From: an uncultured archaeon
GTDB taxonomy: Archaea; Aenigmatarchaeota; Aenigmatarchaeia; QMZP01; JACQNV01
Reading direction: 5' to 3'
Length of the DNA: 64,000 bases
Assembly: GCA_964631205.1 (NCBI GenBank)
Contig: CAZVWU010000005.1
Coordinates: 19,711 to 83,710 of the forward strand
A model generated the notes under the pieces. That model searched no databases, was not told the origin of the DNA, and saw nothing but the letters and a program-made list of their open reading frames with translations. A program made the position numbers and the translations under genes. Below are positions 45,892 through 54,998 of the stretch, in pieces. The first letter of the stretch is position 1, and the number at the start of each line of letters is the position of its first letter.

Positions 45892-46707
45892 ATGGGACGG
45901 GCTATTCTGTGCATTGTTTTGGTTTTTGCTGTGATTTTTATTTCAGGCTGCGCGCAGAAAGAGCAGAACGTTTCAACACCGCAACCAAGCCCTGTGTTGC
46001 AGGCATCTCCGGCTCAGGCTGCAAAAACTGTAACAGACCTGCAGACAACGCCTGCGCAGCCTGCTGTTTCGCCTGTCGCCTCGCCTTTAACTTTCAGCAC
46101 TCCCAAAAAATCTGCGCATTGGGAAGGGAACATGCCAGAGCACGGCTCCACTATTCCGGCGCCTCCTGTGAATGTTGTGATTGACGCAAATTTCGACTTT
46201 GCTCCCCCATCTTCAATTTCAATAACCAAGGATGGGAAGGAATATGGAACAGGCGATACTGTAATAGACAAAAACAAGCTTGCCATGAGGCGGCCTATGG
46301 ATGCGGCCGCCGCTGACGGGATTTACACAGTAAATTATAATGCTTGCTGGCCTGACGGAAGCTGCCATCAGGGCTATTTCCAGTTTGCAATTGACAGGTC
46401 AAAAGCCTCTGAATACCAGGATTTAAGGGGCAAGCCTGAGGTGACAATAAGCCTTTCTGAGATACAATTCAAGCCTGCAAAAATCCGTGTCAGCAAAGGG
46501 ACAAAAGTTATATGGAAGAATGATGACTCTGTTGTCCATTATGTGAACACAGACCTGCATCCAAGCCACACTTATTTGGCTGAACAAAATTCAAAGGCAT
46601 TGAACAAAGGAGATGCGTATGAATTTACATTCACCACACCGGGATTTTATCCTTATCATTGCAGCGCGCATGCGGATAGCATGAAGGCTGAGATTATTGT
46701 GGAGTGA
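45892..46707 (+). CDS. Lipoprotein with CopC-like and plastocyanin/cupredoxin domains
   Basis: ISGC lipobox; SAH..P.HG, CWPDGSCH; HYVN, YHCSAHADSM type-1 copper ligands. Confidence 0.8.
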   Translation: MGRAILCIVLVFAVIFISGCAQKEQNVSTPQPSPVLQASPAQAAKTVTDLQTTPAQPAVSPVASPLTFSTPKKSAHWEGNMPEHGSTIPAPPVNVVIDANFDFAPPSSISITKDGKEYGTGDTVIDKNKLAMRRPMDAAAADGIYTVNYNACWPDGSCHQGYFQFAIDRSKASEYQDLRGKPEVTISLSEIQFKPAKIRVSKGTKVIWKNDDSVVHYVNTDLHPSHTYLAEQNSKALNKGDAYEFTFTTPGFYPYHCSAHADSMKAEIIVE

Positions 46708-46750
46708 TGTTCGTGAGCACCAGATTAATTTAAATTGCTTTTCTTCCAAA

Positions 46751-47659
46751 ATGATGTCTATGCAGGATATTGGTTCAATAAGATACGTGACTGACACGCT
46801 TATTGGCGCCAGCCCTTACAGGGATGAGCCTTTTCTTTTGCGCGGAGGCAGGCCTGTTGTTTTTGAAGATTCGCCCCATGCAGACGGCATAGACCGTGCC
46901 TTTCAAAAAATTGCAGATTATTCTGAAAGCAACACGGATCAGCTTGTTTTTTCAGGATTCATTCCAATAGAAAAGGCGGATTCTGAGCAGGCTCTCAGGG
47001 GGGTTGAGGCTTTCTGCACCAAAGGCATCAGGATTGGCAGCCACGTGAAGGGCGGGTCGCGCCTTTTCAGGCTGTGGGCCGATTATTTGCTGAGGACCTA
47101 CGATGCGCACTGCAAGGCAAAAAGCACCGATTACTGCAATATTTTCGGCTTTGATATAAAGGAGCCGCTGCACCTCTCAAATGTTGAGCTGTCTATAGCA
47201 AGGGTTTATTTGTTCCACGGCGACCATGAAAGCCTTGAGGCAGCAAAAAAGGTTTTGGATATTGCAGTAAAAGGCAAGGATGCGCTTAAAAAAGGGAACA
47301 GGGCCAGTTCTCCAAGATGCCTGTCTGTGCTTACTGAGCTTTTTTCAGAGGATTCGTATGTTTCTTTCAGGCTTGGCGATGTTGAAAGGTCAAAAGCAAG
47401 CTGCAGCGAGGCCCTGGCTTCTGCATCCGGGCTTGAAAAATTGATGGGCTCGAAGGACAAGGACATGAGGGATTATATGGCTCTGGCCGATGCTTATACG
47501 CAGCACGGAATACTCATGCTTGAAGGGGTTATCCCTGTAGACGAAAAGGCGTTTGACATGCTTAAGGAAGTGATACTGGATGCGAAGAAATTGCCGGGCT
47601 CCAGCCACGGGACTTTTGCGGAGAGGCTTGAAAGGGGATCCAGGCTGGCGCTAAGGTAA
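46751..47659 (+). CDS. Hypothetical alpha-helical (TPR-like) protein
   Basis: Long ORF with helical repeats; no recognised motif. Confidence 0.55.
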   Translation: MMSMQDIGSIRYVTDTLIGASPYRDEPFLLRGGRPVVFEDSPHADGIDRAFQKIADYSESNTDQLVFSGFIPIEKADSEQALRGVEAFCTKGIRIGSHVKGGSRLFRLWADYLLRTYDAHCKAKSTDYCNIFGFDIKEPLHLSNVELSIARVYLFHGDHESLEAAKKVLDIAVKGKDALKKGNRASSPRCLSVLTELFSEDSYVSFRLGDVERSKASCSEALASASGLEKLMGSKDKDMRDYMALADAYTQHGILMLEGVIPVDEKAFDMLKEVILDAKKLPGSSHGTFAERLERGSRLALR

Positions 47660-47660
47660 A

Positions 47661-47993
47661 TTATCCCTTCACTCCTTTAATTGTGCCGCTTACCCTGATT
47701 GTCTGGAAAATTACCTGATCATCTCCAATATTATGGATCAAAGAAAAAGCCAGCTTAATGTGGTCAACATACAGGTGCGAGCATTTTATCACGCCTGTGT
47801 TGTTTTTTTGGTCCCATAAATTTTTTATCACGTGTATGTTGGCTTTTGCAAGCCCAAGCTCGCCGATAAGGTCAAGGACAGAATCCAGTATGGAATTTTT
47901 AATGTCAAAAAATTTTATAGGATTTGCAGAATGCACTTTAAAATAAATATACCTCTTTTTTTCCCTCAATGAAGGCTTTTTAGTAAGTTTCAT
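47661..47993 (-). CDS. rnp2: RNase P protein subunit Pop5/Rpp14
   Basis: PSLREKKRYI, VSGTIK. Confidence 0.9.
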   Translation of the reverse strand: MKLTKKPSLREKKRYIYFKVHSANPIKFFDIKNSILDSVLDLIGELGLAKANIHVIKNLWDQKNNTGVIKCSHLYVDHIKLAFSLIHNIGDDQVIFQTIRVSGTIKGVKG

Positions 47994-48304
47994 ATTTCCC
48001 TGACCTCATCCAAAATTATCCTTTTCCCAAATCCGCCTCTTTTTTCTAATTTATTTTTTCTAAGCTTTTCCAATTCCTTTGATTGCAATTTTTTGAATTC
48101 GCATATGGAATTTATGACCTCTAAAATATCTACCAGCTCTTCAGAGCTTCCGTTTTCTAAAAACTCTTCAGCCTCCTCTTTTAGTTTTTCTTTCAGTTTT
48201 TTCCAGTATTCATCTTCCCCGGCTTCGTGGAAAACTGGGGCTTTTCTGTCTTTTCTGATTATCTCTGGGATTTTATCCCTTACTAGTTTGTTGTATTTCA
48301 TCAT
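47990..48304 (-). CDS. All-alpha NTP pyrophosphohydrolase (MazG/HisE-like)
   Basis: KYNKLVRDKIPEII, KLKEEAEEF, EELVDILEV, KRGGF. Confidence 0.85.
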   Translation of the reverse strand: MMKYNKLVRDKIPEIIRKDRKAPVFHEAGEDEYWKKLKEKLKEEAEEFLENGSSEELVDILEVINSICEFKKLQSKELEKLRKNKLEKRGGFGKRIILDEVREI

Positions 48305-48370
48305 ATAACAATATTCAGGATTTTTCAGAGTTTCGAGGCAAGACTCAGGACGCAAAACCCAAGACCGCAT

Positions 48371-49060
48371 TTATTCTGTCAATTCCACTCCTGGCATCAC
48401 CCATTTTCCCGAGAGCCTTTTCCTGTTTTCTTTTATTATAAAATCGGACAGGGATAGCTTAATTTCCTTGTCCTGAAACCCCAGAACCTTTCCAAAAGAA
48501 AATAGTTCGGATGGTGACCTTAAGCCAAAAGCGCCAAAGGCTCCGGATGTCAGGACAAAAGGCGCCTTGTATTTTTTAATTAACTTTGCGTTTTCCACCA
48601 AACCGCGGATTATTTTTGCCCTTGTTTCTTTTGAAGACTGGATCAGGTCATTCAGGGAAAATTCTATTGCGACATTGCTTTTCTTTGCGAGCCTTGCCAT
48701 GACATGATCGATCCCGGAATCCTCCCTTCCCATTTCCGGATGAAGCAGGATATCCACTCCGGGAGTCTCCACTGCAACCCTGTTTGCCTCAAGTTCGCCG
48801 CCGTGGACTAGGATTATTTCAGCTTTCTGCCTGATGGATTCAACAATATGCGGGATTTTGTTTGGCTTGTCTTTTATTTCGATTCCGATTGAAATATCAA
48901 TTTGTTTTTTGTATGGGAGGATGGCGGCTTTGAATTTTTCAATATCTTGTATGTTTGCCCAGTTGCTGACAAGGCAGATACCGGAAAACCCGAGCTGTTT
49001 GGCTGTGCTTATGGTCTCGCCGATATTTTCTGAATGGAGATGGTAATCAAAGGCTGGCAT
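48371..49060 (-). CDS. rnp3: RNase P protein subunit Rpp30
   Basis: PHP-like fold: D.HLH, VHGG...NR.AVE...VDILLHPE, IDHVMARLA, LRSP. Confidence 0.9.
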   Translation of the reverse strand: MPAFDYHLHSENIGETISTAKQLGFSGICLVSNWANIQDIEKFKAAILPYKKQIDISIGIEIKDKPNKIPHIVESIRQKAEIILVHGGELEANRVAVETPGVDILLHPEMGREDSGIDHVMARLAKKSNVAIEFSLNDLIQSSKETRAKIIRGLVENAKLIKKYKAPFVLTSGAFGAFGLRSPSELFSFGKVLGFQDKEIKLSLSDFIIKENRKRLSGKWVMPGVELTE

Positions 49061-49118
49061 AAGAGAAGTTGGTATGTTCTGGATAAAAAGCTAATGTGGT
49101 TGGTGGGGAAAGAAGAAA

Positions 49119-50165
49119 TTATTGGCCGAATAACTCACCGGCAGGCGTTGCTGCAGCTGACAGCTCTTCTATGCTGACCATTTTTGCACCTGGCGGGACG
49201 GTGAAATCGATGTCCTCAGCAGGGGTTTTAAAGGCTGTTGCAGTTGAATCGAATTTTATGAAGAAGCCCGCGCCTTCGGGTATTTTCTGCGTCTGCGCAT
49301 CTGCAAAGGCGCCTGCAATCGCTTTTATGAACTGGGAGATGTCTATTTCAATCGAATATGCTGAAGACAGCGGGAGGCCATGCTCCTTATCCAGACAGAA
49401 TTCCTGCTTTATTTCCTTTATCATTTTCTGGAACAGGAAAGACAGCTGTTCAAGGTCCTGGGGATTTATCTGCTGTGAGCCTTCTAATTGGGAACCCAGC
49501 GGGCCTAATGCTGCAAGAAGCTCTTTGGAGCTGAGCTTGCTTAGGTCGCCTACTGTGTAGGATATTTTGTCGCATCCCCTTCCAATCACGCTGCCTGTTC
49601 CCTGAGGGCCTAACTTAAGCGCGCCTTTGTCATATAAAACTTTGAATTGCTGGAGGAGCTTTGCAGGGTCCTGCTGGGAGAACTGGTTTGCTGAGTTTAG
49701 CGAGCCTGCAAGGTTTGGGTATTTCTTTGCAATTTCCTCTTTTGTTGCCTTTGTGCATTTTATTACAGAGGTCTCAAGGCATACTGTTGCATCTGCCTTG
49801 TCCTGGTAAAATGAAAGTGATTTGAACGGCAGGGGCCCTGCTGAAGGCAGAAGCGCGCTTAGGCCTGAAATGTCAAGGTAGGATTTCTCCTTGTCGCCTT
49901 TTTTGCCGCCTGAAAGTTTTACCCGGATGTCAGATAATTTGTCCAGCTGGCCCACGCTTGCGGCAGCTTCGGGATCAGAGGCCACTGCCTGCTTGAACTT
50001 GTCATTCAGAACAATCCCGAACTTGATTTCATAATCAGCAGTGTATCCCTGCCCTGATTCAAGGGCATTGAATTTTTTAAAAGAATCTGTCACTATCGCC
50101 GCCTGCGCGCACCCACTGACAACAACCACAACAGCGAGGGCAAGAACTAAAAGTGATTTGTTCAT
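49119..50165 (-). CDS. Putative lipoprotein (LolA/LppX-like beta-rich fold possible)
   Basis: VVVVSGC lipobox; IGRGC, EFCLDKEHGLPL, FTVP motifs. Confidence 0.6.
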   Translation of the reverse strand: MNKSLLVLALAVVVVVSGCAQAAIVTDSFKKFNALESGQGYTADYEIKFGIVLNDKFKQAVASDPEAAASVGQLDKLSDIRVKLSGGKKGDKEKSYLDISGLSALLPSAGPLPFKSLSFYQDKADATVCLETSVIKCTKATKEEIAKKYPNLAGSLNSANQFSQQDPAKLLQQFKVLYDKGALKLGPQGTGSVIGRGCDKISYTVGDLSKLSSKELLAALGPLGSQLEGSQQINPQDLEQLSFLFQKMIKEIKQEFCLDKEHGLPLSSAYSIEIDISQFIKAIAGAFADAQTQKIPEGAGFFIKFDSTATAFKTPAEDIDFTVPPGAKMVSIEELSAAATPAGELFGQ

Positions 50166-50262
50166 AAAAGATAGTAATAATTGGAATGCGGGTATTTAAA
50201 GTTGGTGAAGCTTTGTTTCTCGCAGAAATTAAGTTTTTATGATTTTAAAAGTTTTTGGTTTT

Positions 50263-50517
50263 TCAGTTTTTCTCTTTTTTGGATTCCCTCACAGTCTGGA
50301 GCTGTTTTTCAAGCCTTTGGCCTGCTGTGTCTGTTTCAAGCTGTATAATAAGCAAATCGACTATGTACGGGTCGTATTTTCCGCCTCCAAGGTCAAGCTT
50401 TTCCTGCTCGATTTCTTCTCTCAGCGGCCCTTCTATATACTTCCTGACCAGAGTTTCTTCTAATCCTATTTCTTGGGAAATCTCTTCAATAGTCAGGCCC
50501 TTTGTTTGGTTTTCCAT
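50263..50517 (-). CDS. Small HTH-like hypothetical protein
   Basis: LTIEEISQEIGLEETLVRKY; TTTATAAA about 20 nt upstream. Confidence 0.5.
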   Translation of the reverse strand: MENQTKGLTIEEISQEIGLEETLVRKYIEGPLREEIEQEKLDLGGGKYDPYIVDLLIIQLETDTAGQRLEKQLQTVRESKKEKN

Positions 50518-50636
50518 AAACAGGATGGGATAGGGGATTTATAAAGGTTTGCCTTGTTGTTACTTTATATAGACTAACATAACACTGTTATATAGTTAGG
50601 AATCAATTTATAAATCTTGCTGTATTTGACTTTAGC

Positions 50637-50762
50637 ATGGAACGACCAAAGAAGCAGGCAGAAGACATCATTGGCTCTCTGAAAGAAGAAGAGACAGAGC
50701 TGCTTTTGAGGAGAAAAAAGCCTTTCAAAGAAGAAGCGGAAGACGAATTTGAGCAGGCATAG
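50637..50762 (+). CDS. Small acidic protein, 41 aa, not in ORF track
   Basis: MERPKKQAEDIIGSLKEEETELLLRRKKPFKEEAEDEFEQA*; TTTATAAA at 50607; T-tract after the stop. Confidence 0.45.
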   Translation: MERPKKQAEDIIGSLKEEETELLLRRKKPFKEEAEDEFEQA

Positions 50763-50838
50763 TTGTTTTTTATTTTTAAGCGCGGAAGTTTTATTATAAA
50801 CTACTCAGCATCTAATAAGATGACTGATATTTAAATTC

Positions 50839-51399
50839 GTGGCTCAATCAAATGATATGGTTGAATGGGCACAGAGCCTTATAGCAGTAGACGACAATGA
50901 CAATTTTATACGGTACGCCCCAAGAAAAGAATGCCATACAGGCAAAGGTGTCAGGCACCGCGGAATAACGCTTCTCATATTTAATAAAGACAAAAAAATC
51001 CTATTGCAGAAAAGAAAACATGATGTCTTCGACAATATATGGGACCTTGCGGGGGCCACCCATCCTGTGCACAACAAAGATTCCGATGAGACTTACGAAC
51101 AGAGTGGTGTTAGGTGCATGGAAGCCGAGTGGGGGGTTAAAACAGAATTAAAAAATATATTGGCGTACACTTATTTCGAGAAGTATGGAAGCTTATGTGA
51201 AAATGAGCTCTGCGCGTTGCTGGCAGGCCAATTTGACGGCCAATTAAAACCTAATGGCGAGCATATGTATGACCACAGGTGGGTTACGTGGAAGCAGATT
51301 CTGGATGAGTTGTCCAAAGAGCCTGAAAACTTCACACCTTGGCTTAAAGTTGCCATAGAGAAGCTAAAAGGCCATGAGTTTCTTGACAAAATCAGCTAA
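50839..51399 (+). CDS. idi: Type 1 isopentenyl-diphosphate isomerase (Nudix fold)
   Basis: ECH.G.G.RHRG, ILLQKR, WD....HP, ENELC, FTPW. Confidence 0.8.
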   Translation: MAQSNDMVEWAQSLIAVDDNDNFIRYAPRKECHTGKGVRHRGITLLIFNKDKKILLQKRKHDVFDNIWDLAGATHPVHNKDSDETYEQSGVRCMEAEWGVKTELKNILAYTYFEKYGSLCENELCALLAGQFDGQLKPNGEHMYDHRWVTWKQILDELSKEPENFTPWLKVAIEKLKGHEFLDKIS

Positions 51400-51527
51400 G
51401 CTATTTTTTTATTGTGGGAGGCCACACTTGTGGGAATATGGAACACCTTAATAGCTGGCCTTCGTGGATTCCATACCCTCTAAAGAGTTCGAAATCATCT
51501 GGCCTGCCCTTTATAAATCTTGGTTCG

Positions 51528-51568
51528 ACCACTGGTCATTGGTTCTGTTGGTTCAATAGACCAGTGGT
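51528..51568. repeat. Intergenic hairpin between convergent genes
   Basis: ACCACTGGTC/GACCAGTGGT perfect 10-bp inverted repeat with inner ATTG/CAAT. Confidence 0.65.
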
Positions 51569-51586
51569 ATTGAAGTTATAAAATCC

Positions 51587-52543
51587 CTATTTTTCGTAAA
51601 GGGCTTTTGCAACCTTTTCAAGCATTGGAAATCCCCGGACTTCCGAGCTGAACTGGGAGAGCAGCTTGATTTCAACCCCTTTGAAGGTGCGTTCTATTTC
51701 ATCAAGCCTTTTTAGTTGCTGGTTTCTCCTTTCAGAGCAGAATTTGCATTCTGTATTTCTGGGCACCACCTGGTTCACGATAATTGTCTCAACTGGTATT
51801 TTGTATTCCTGCAATGTTTTCAGCGACCTCTCGGATTCCAGTATTGACATCGCCTCTGGTATCAGGACTAAATTGAAATGCGTCTTTTTGGGATCAGAGA
51901 GGAGTTTCTTTGCCTCTGCAATCCTTGCCTTCATCTCTTCCAGTTCCTTCGACCCAAAACCGTCCTCATCCTTTCCCCCAAATGGCAGGATTTTTTTTAT
52001 CATGCTTGTGACAGCTGTTATTTTCATCCTCATCCTGATCAGTTTGCCTACCCATGACTCCAGGACTTCAGGAAGCGACAGGAAACGCAGCGCATGCCCG
52101 GTGGGGGCTGTGTCAAAAATAATAATGTCATACTCCTTGTTCTGCATGTATTTCAGGAATTTGTCAAAGGCCGCAACCTCATCTATCCCTGGAGTCATCC
52201 CTGCAATGTCAAAAGTCTCTTCCAGCCCAAACCCCTTCAAGTAATCCGCCTTTTCAAGCTGCAGGGAGAATTTCTCCTTGTACTCCTGCATCGCTTTTAC
52301 AGGGTCTATTTCAACTGCATAAAGGTTTTTCCCCAATTCCTTTATCTCCCCGCCGATCTTTACAGAAAAAGAGTCGCCCAAAGAATGCGCAGGGTCAATA
52401 GAAATCACAAGGGTCTTTTTCCCTGATTTTGAGAAGGATAGAGCAGCAGCTGCGGCGCAGCTTGTTTTCCCAACCCCCCCTTTTCCTGAAAAGAAATAAT
52501 ATTGCGGATCCCTTTTTTTCCTGACCATGTCCTTCAAAGGCAT
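51587..52543 (-). CDS. ArsA/GET3 (TRC40) family ATPase, single domain
   Basis: GKGGVGKTS, SIDPAHSL, PGIDE, FDTAPTGH, CKFC motif. Confidence 0.92.
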   Translation of the reverse strand: MPLKDMVRKKRDPQYYFFSGKGGVGKTSCAAAAALSFSKSGKKTLVISIDPAHSLGDSFSVKIGGEIKELGKNLYAVEIDPVKAMQEYKEKFSLQLEKADYLKGFGLEETFDIAGMTPGIDEVAAFDKFLKYMQNKEYDIIIFDTAPTGHALRFLSLPEVLESWVGKLIRMRMKITAVTSMIKKILPFGGKDEDGFGSKELEEMKARIAEAKKLLSDPKKTHFNLVLIPEAMSILESERSLKTLQEYKIPVETIIVNQVVPRNTECKFCSERRNQQLKRLDEIERTFKGVEIKLLSQFSSEVRGFPMLEKVAKALYEK

Positions 52544-52616
52544 ACAGAATAATTTGACTGGGGGATTAATATACAGCTCTCTGCTAGTTATTTAAATCTG
52601 TAGTGCAGACTATTTT

Positions 52617-53474
52617 ATGGAAAACGAATTGAGATTGAAAATTCCAAAATTCAGGAGATATTCATCCCCATCAACAGACTTTTACTTATCGAAAGGGGTG
52701 GTCGAAATAGGCGACAACGAACTCGTCGATGTGTGTATGTGGTCTGCTGATAAGTTCTTAAGGGCTCTTGAAAAGCAGTATAAAGCAGCGGATAATACCT
52801 TTCGGCGTCCAAACTTGTACCAAACTTTCCTAGCAGCTAGAGTCGATGATGAGATGAAAGAGGTTGTTTTCGACTTCCCAGCAAAGCTGCAATCAACTCT
52901 AATACTTCCTGGAAATGCGCAAGTAGAAACAGATGAATATATCTTGGTGGGTGCAGATGGAAACGCTATTCCAAAATCTAAAAGAGCAAGATCCTTTGAA
53001 CCAGCAAAAAGATATAAGGAGAGCGGCAAGCAAATAATTGCAGTTAAAGGCCTTTTTGATATACCATTCAAACTTGTAGAGGACTCGCAATATAATCCAG
53101 AGGATCTTAATCCAGAAACAGGGTTTTTAACACAACTAACTCCTGGAGGCCAGTATCCTATCTCGTTTGGGATCCGCCTCAAAAAGCAGCTATATTGTAT
53201 ATTTTTAATGTGGGGCGGCACGGTCAGGTGTGGCTGGGGACCCTGGGATTCCCACGATACTGTTGGCTTCCAAGTGGCTGTTGATTCACAGACTGGATCA
53301 CCATTAGAATTACCAAAGGATTCATTTGACACTGAAACCGCTAGTTCTGCAACTAAAGGAAATAGAGATAAAATTATAGAAATATTGTACAGAATAGAAG
53401 CTGGTTATGAATCTGACATTGAACGGCTACAGGCTGATCTAGAGACTCTGAGGGAACTAAGGAGAAATCTCTAG
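52617..53474 (+). CDS. Hypothetical protein with C-terminal coiled coil
   Basis: 285-aa ORF, TTTAAAT upstream; no motif recognised. Confidence 0.6.
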   Translation: MENELRLKIPKFRRYSSPSTDFYLSKGVVEIGDNELVDVCMWSADKFLRALEKQYKAADNTFRRPNLYQTFLAARVDDEMKEVVFDFPAKLQSTLILPGNAQVETDEYILVGADGNAIPKSKRARSFEPAKRYKESGKQIIAVKGLFDIPFKLVEDSQYNPEDLNPETGFLTQLTPGGQYPISFGIRLKKQLYCIFLMWGGTVRCGWGPWDSHDTVGFQVAVDSQTGSPLELPKDSFDTETASSATKGNRDKIIEILYRIEAGYESDIERLQADLETLRELRRNL

Positions 53475-53494
53475 GAAGAATAAAATTTTGCTTT

Positions 53495-54271
53495 ATGCCT
53501 GAAACCCCTTTAACTTTCAAGTCCCAAGGCCAGCAGATTTCAGGAGTGCTGCATCTGCCGGAAAAAATTTGGAAAGCCCCTGCAATAATAATGGTGCACG
53601 GATTTATGGGCGACAAGCAAGGCACTCCATCCGGCTTATTTGTCAAGGCTGCAAGAAAGCTTGTGAATTCTGGTTATGCTGTTTTCCGGTTTGATTTTAG
53701 GGGATCTGGAGATTCTGAAGGCGATTTTGAAAACCAGAACCTAGACACGGAATTTCAGGATTTGGATGTTGCAATAAATTTTGTTTCAGGGTTAAAAGAG
53801 GTTGACAAAAACAGGATAGGGCTTGTCGGCCACAGCAGGGGCGGATTTTTATCAATAACCCAGGCTTCAAAAGACAGCCGCATAAAAGCTGCTGTCTGTT
53901 GGGCTCCTGCAGTTTTTTTCAAACCTTTATGGGAAAAAACTGCATACGAAAGGAAGCTGGCAAAAAGCATATTGGAAAAAGGGCATGCAATAAACTACTG
54001 GGGCTTCAAGTTCACAAAACAGCTTCTGGACACTGATTTCAGGTACGACAATAATATTGAAGGCGCAAAGAAAATAAAAATACCAGTAAGAATAATCCAC
54101 GGGAAAAAGGATACAGCCGTCCCTTTATCCCAATCAAGAAAACTTTACAGGGCCCTGAAATGCGAAAAGGATTTGTCTGTTATGGAAAAAGCCAACCACA
54201 TATTCACAGATGAAAAAGATTTTGAAAACCTTCTAAGGCTCACAGAAACCTGGTTTGGTAAACGGCTTTAA
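53495..54271 (+). CDS. Alpha/beta hydrolase
   Basis: HGFMG, FDFRGSGDS, GHSRG nucleophile elbow, HG..D..VP, ANH. Confidence 0.9.
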   Translation: MPETPLTFKSQGQQISGVLHLPEKIWKAPAIIMVHGFMGDKQGTPSGLFVKAARKLVNSGYAVFRFDFRGSGDSEGDFENQNLDTEFQDLDVAINFVSGLKEVDKNRIGLVGHSRGGFLSITQASKDSRIKAAVCWAPAVFFKPLWEKTAYERKLAKSILEKGHAINYWGFKFTKQLLDTDFRYDNNIEGAKKIKIPVRIIHGKKDTAVPLSQSRKLYRALKCEKDLSVMEKANHIFTDEKDFENLLRLTETWFGKRL

Positions 54272-54372
54272 TAAGTGTCAAGCTTGAGCTCTTTTATTTT
54301 TTTCGCTATTTTAGCCGCTTCCTCTTCTGTGAGTATGCCGGCGAAATCTGCTAGCTTTATCTTTTCTGCCAT
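54268..54372 (-). pseudogene. Short VapB-antitoxin-like fragment (34 aa)
   Basis: MAEKIKLADFAGILTEEEAAKIAKKIKE resembles the C-terminal half of archaeal antitoxins; no partner toxin. Confidence 0.4.
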
Positions 54373-54394
54373 ACTTTTATTCAATTTTCACTAA

Positions 54395-54685
54395 TTAAAT
54401 TATCCTCTGAGGCAAAGGGACCAGATTAAAAAATATAATCCAAGAGGCAAGCCAAACAAGAATATATATTGCAGCCCCGTTTCCCAGCCACCATTTCCTG
54501 TCTTTTCCTTTTCCGAAGGTTTTCTGTGTAATAAATCCGATTATTAACAGTAAAATTATTGACGCCCCCAAGGCAAACCAGAACCTGCTGAAATAAAGGG
54601 AAATGTAGCCTGCTGCTGCTCCAAAAATTGTATGTAAAAGAACAGAGATTCTCTGGGGCTTTAAACTTGGATCCATACCAGACAT
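54395..54685 (-). CDS. Archaeal EMC6-like (DUF5379) three-TM membrane protein
   Basis: LHTIFG...; KWWLGNG..IYILVW..SWIIFFN C-terminal signature. Confidence 0.65.
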   Translation of the reverse strand: MSGMDPSLKPQRISVLLHTIFGAAAGYISLYFSRFWFALGASIILLLIIGFITQKTFGKGKDRKWWLGNGAAIYILVWLASWIIFFNLVPLPQRII

Positions 54686-54710
54686 TGTTTCTGTTATTTA
54701 AAAATGTGGT

Positions 54711-54929
54711 TTATTTTCTTATAAGGCCCCCGCTTACAGGTATAGAAGGCGGAGCTAATCCTTCGCACTTGCAGATGTCTGTGCAGACTTTGCCCCCAGA
54801 GCAGGATGATTTGTCGCACTCTTCGCCTGAGTCTATTGCTCCATTGCCGCATGTTCGAAGGGCTGAAGAGGATTGCTGGGAGGTGCACCCGCTTATAACC
54901 AGAAGAGAAACAAGACTAATTGCTAACAA
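54711..54929 (-). CDS. Small Cys-rich lipoprotein
   Basis: LLVISGC lipobox; CGNGAIDSGEECD..C....C...C.C module. Confidence 0.6.
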   Translation of the reverse strand: MLAISLVSLLVISGCTSQQSSSALRTCGNGAIDSGEECDKSSCSGGKVCTDICKCEGLAPPSIPVSGGLIRK

Positions 54930-54998
54930 TTTTCCTTGCGCGCATATTTTATTTAATTGTGTTTTCCCCTTTTATAAACATACTTTGCATATAAACTC

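Noticed and set aside
51400..51520. tRNA or other ncRNA in the idi-ArsA spacer (also 63290-63440)
   Set aside because: No cloverleaf, T-loop in context or recognisable ncRNA motif
51587..52543. Arsenic-resistance operon
   Set aside because: Single-domain ATPase with no arsB/acr3, arsD or arsR nearby; the phosphatase-like gene is 49 kb away
52580..52610. Seventh H1 copy (TAGTGCAG)
   Set aside because: Only 8 nt match, no right arm, and it overlaps a probable TATA region; the TTTTTCTAGTGG at about 60315 is similarly insufficient
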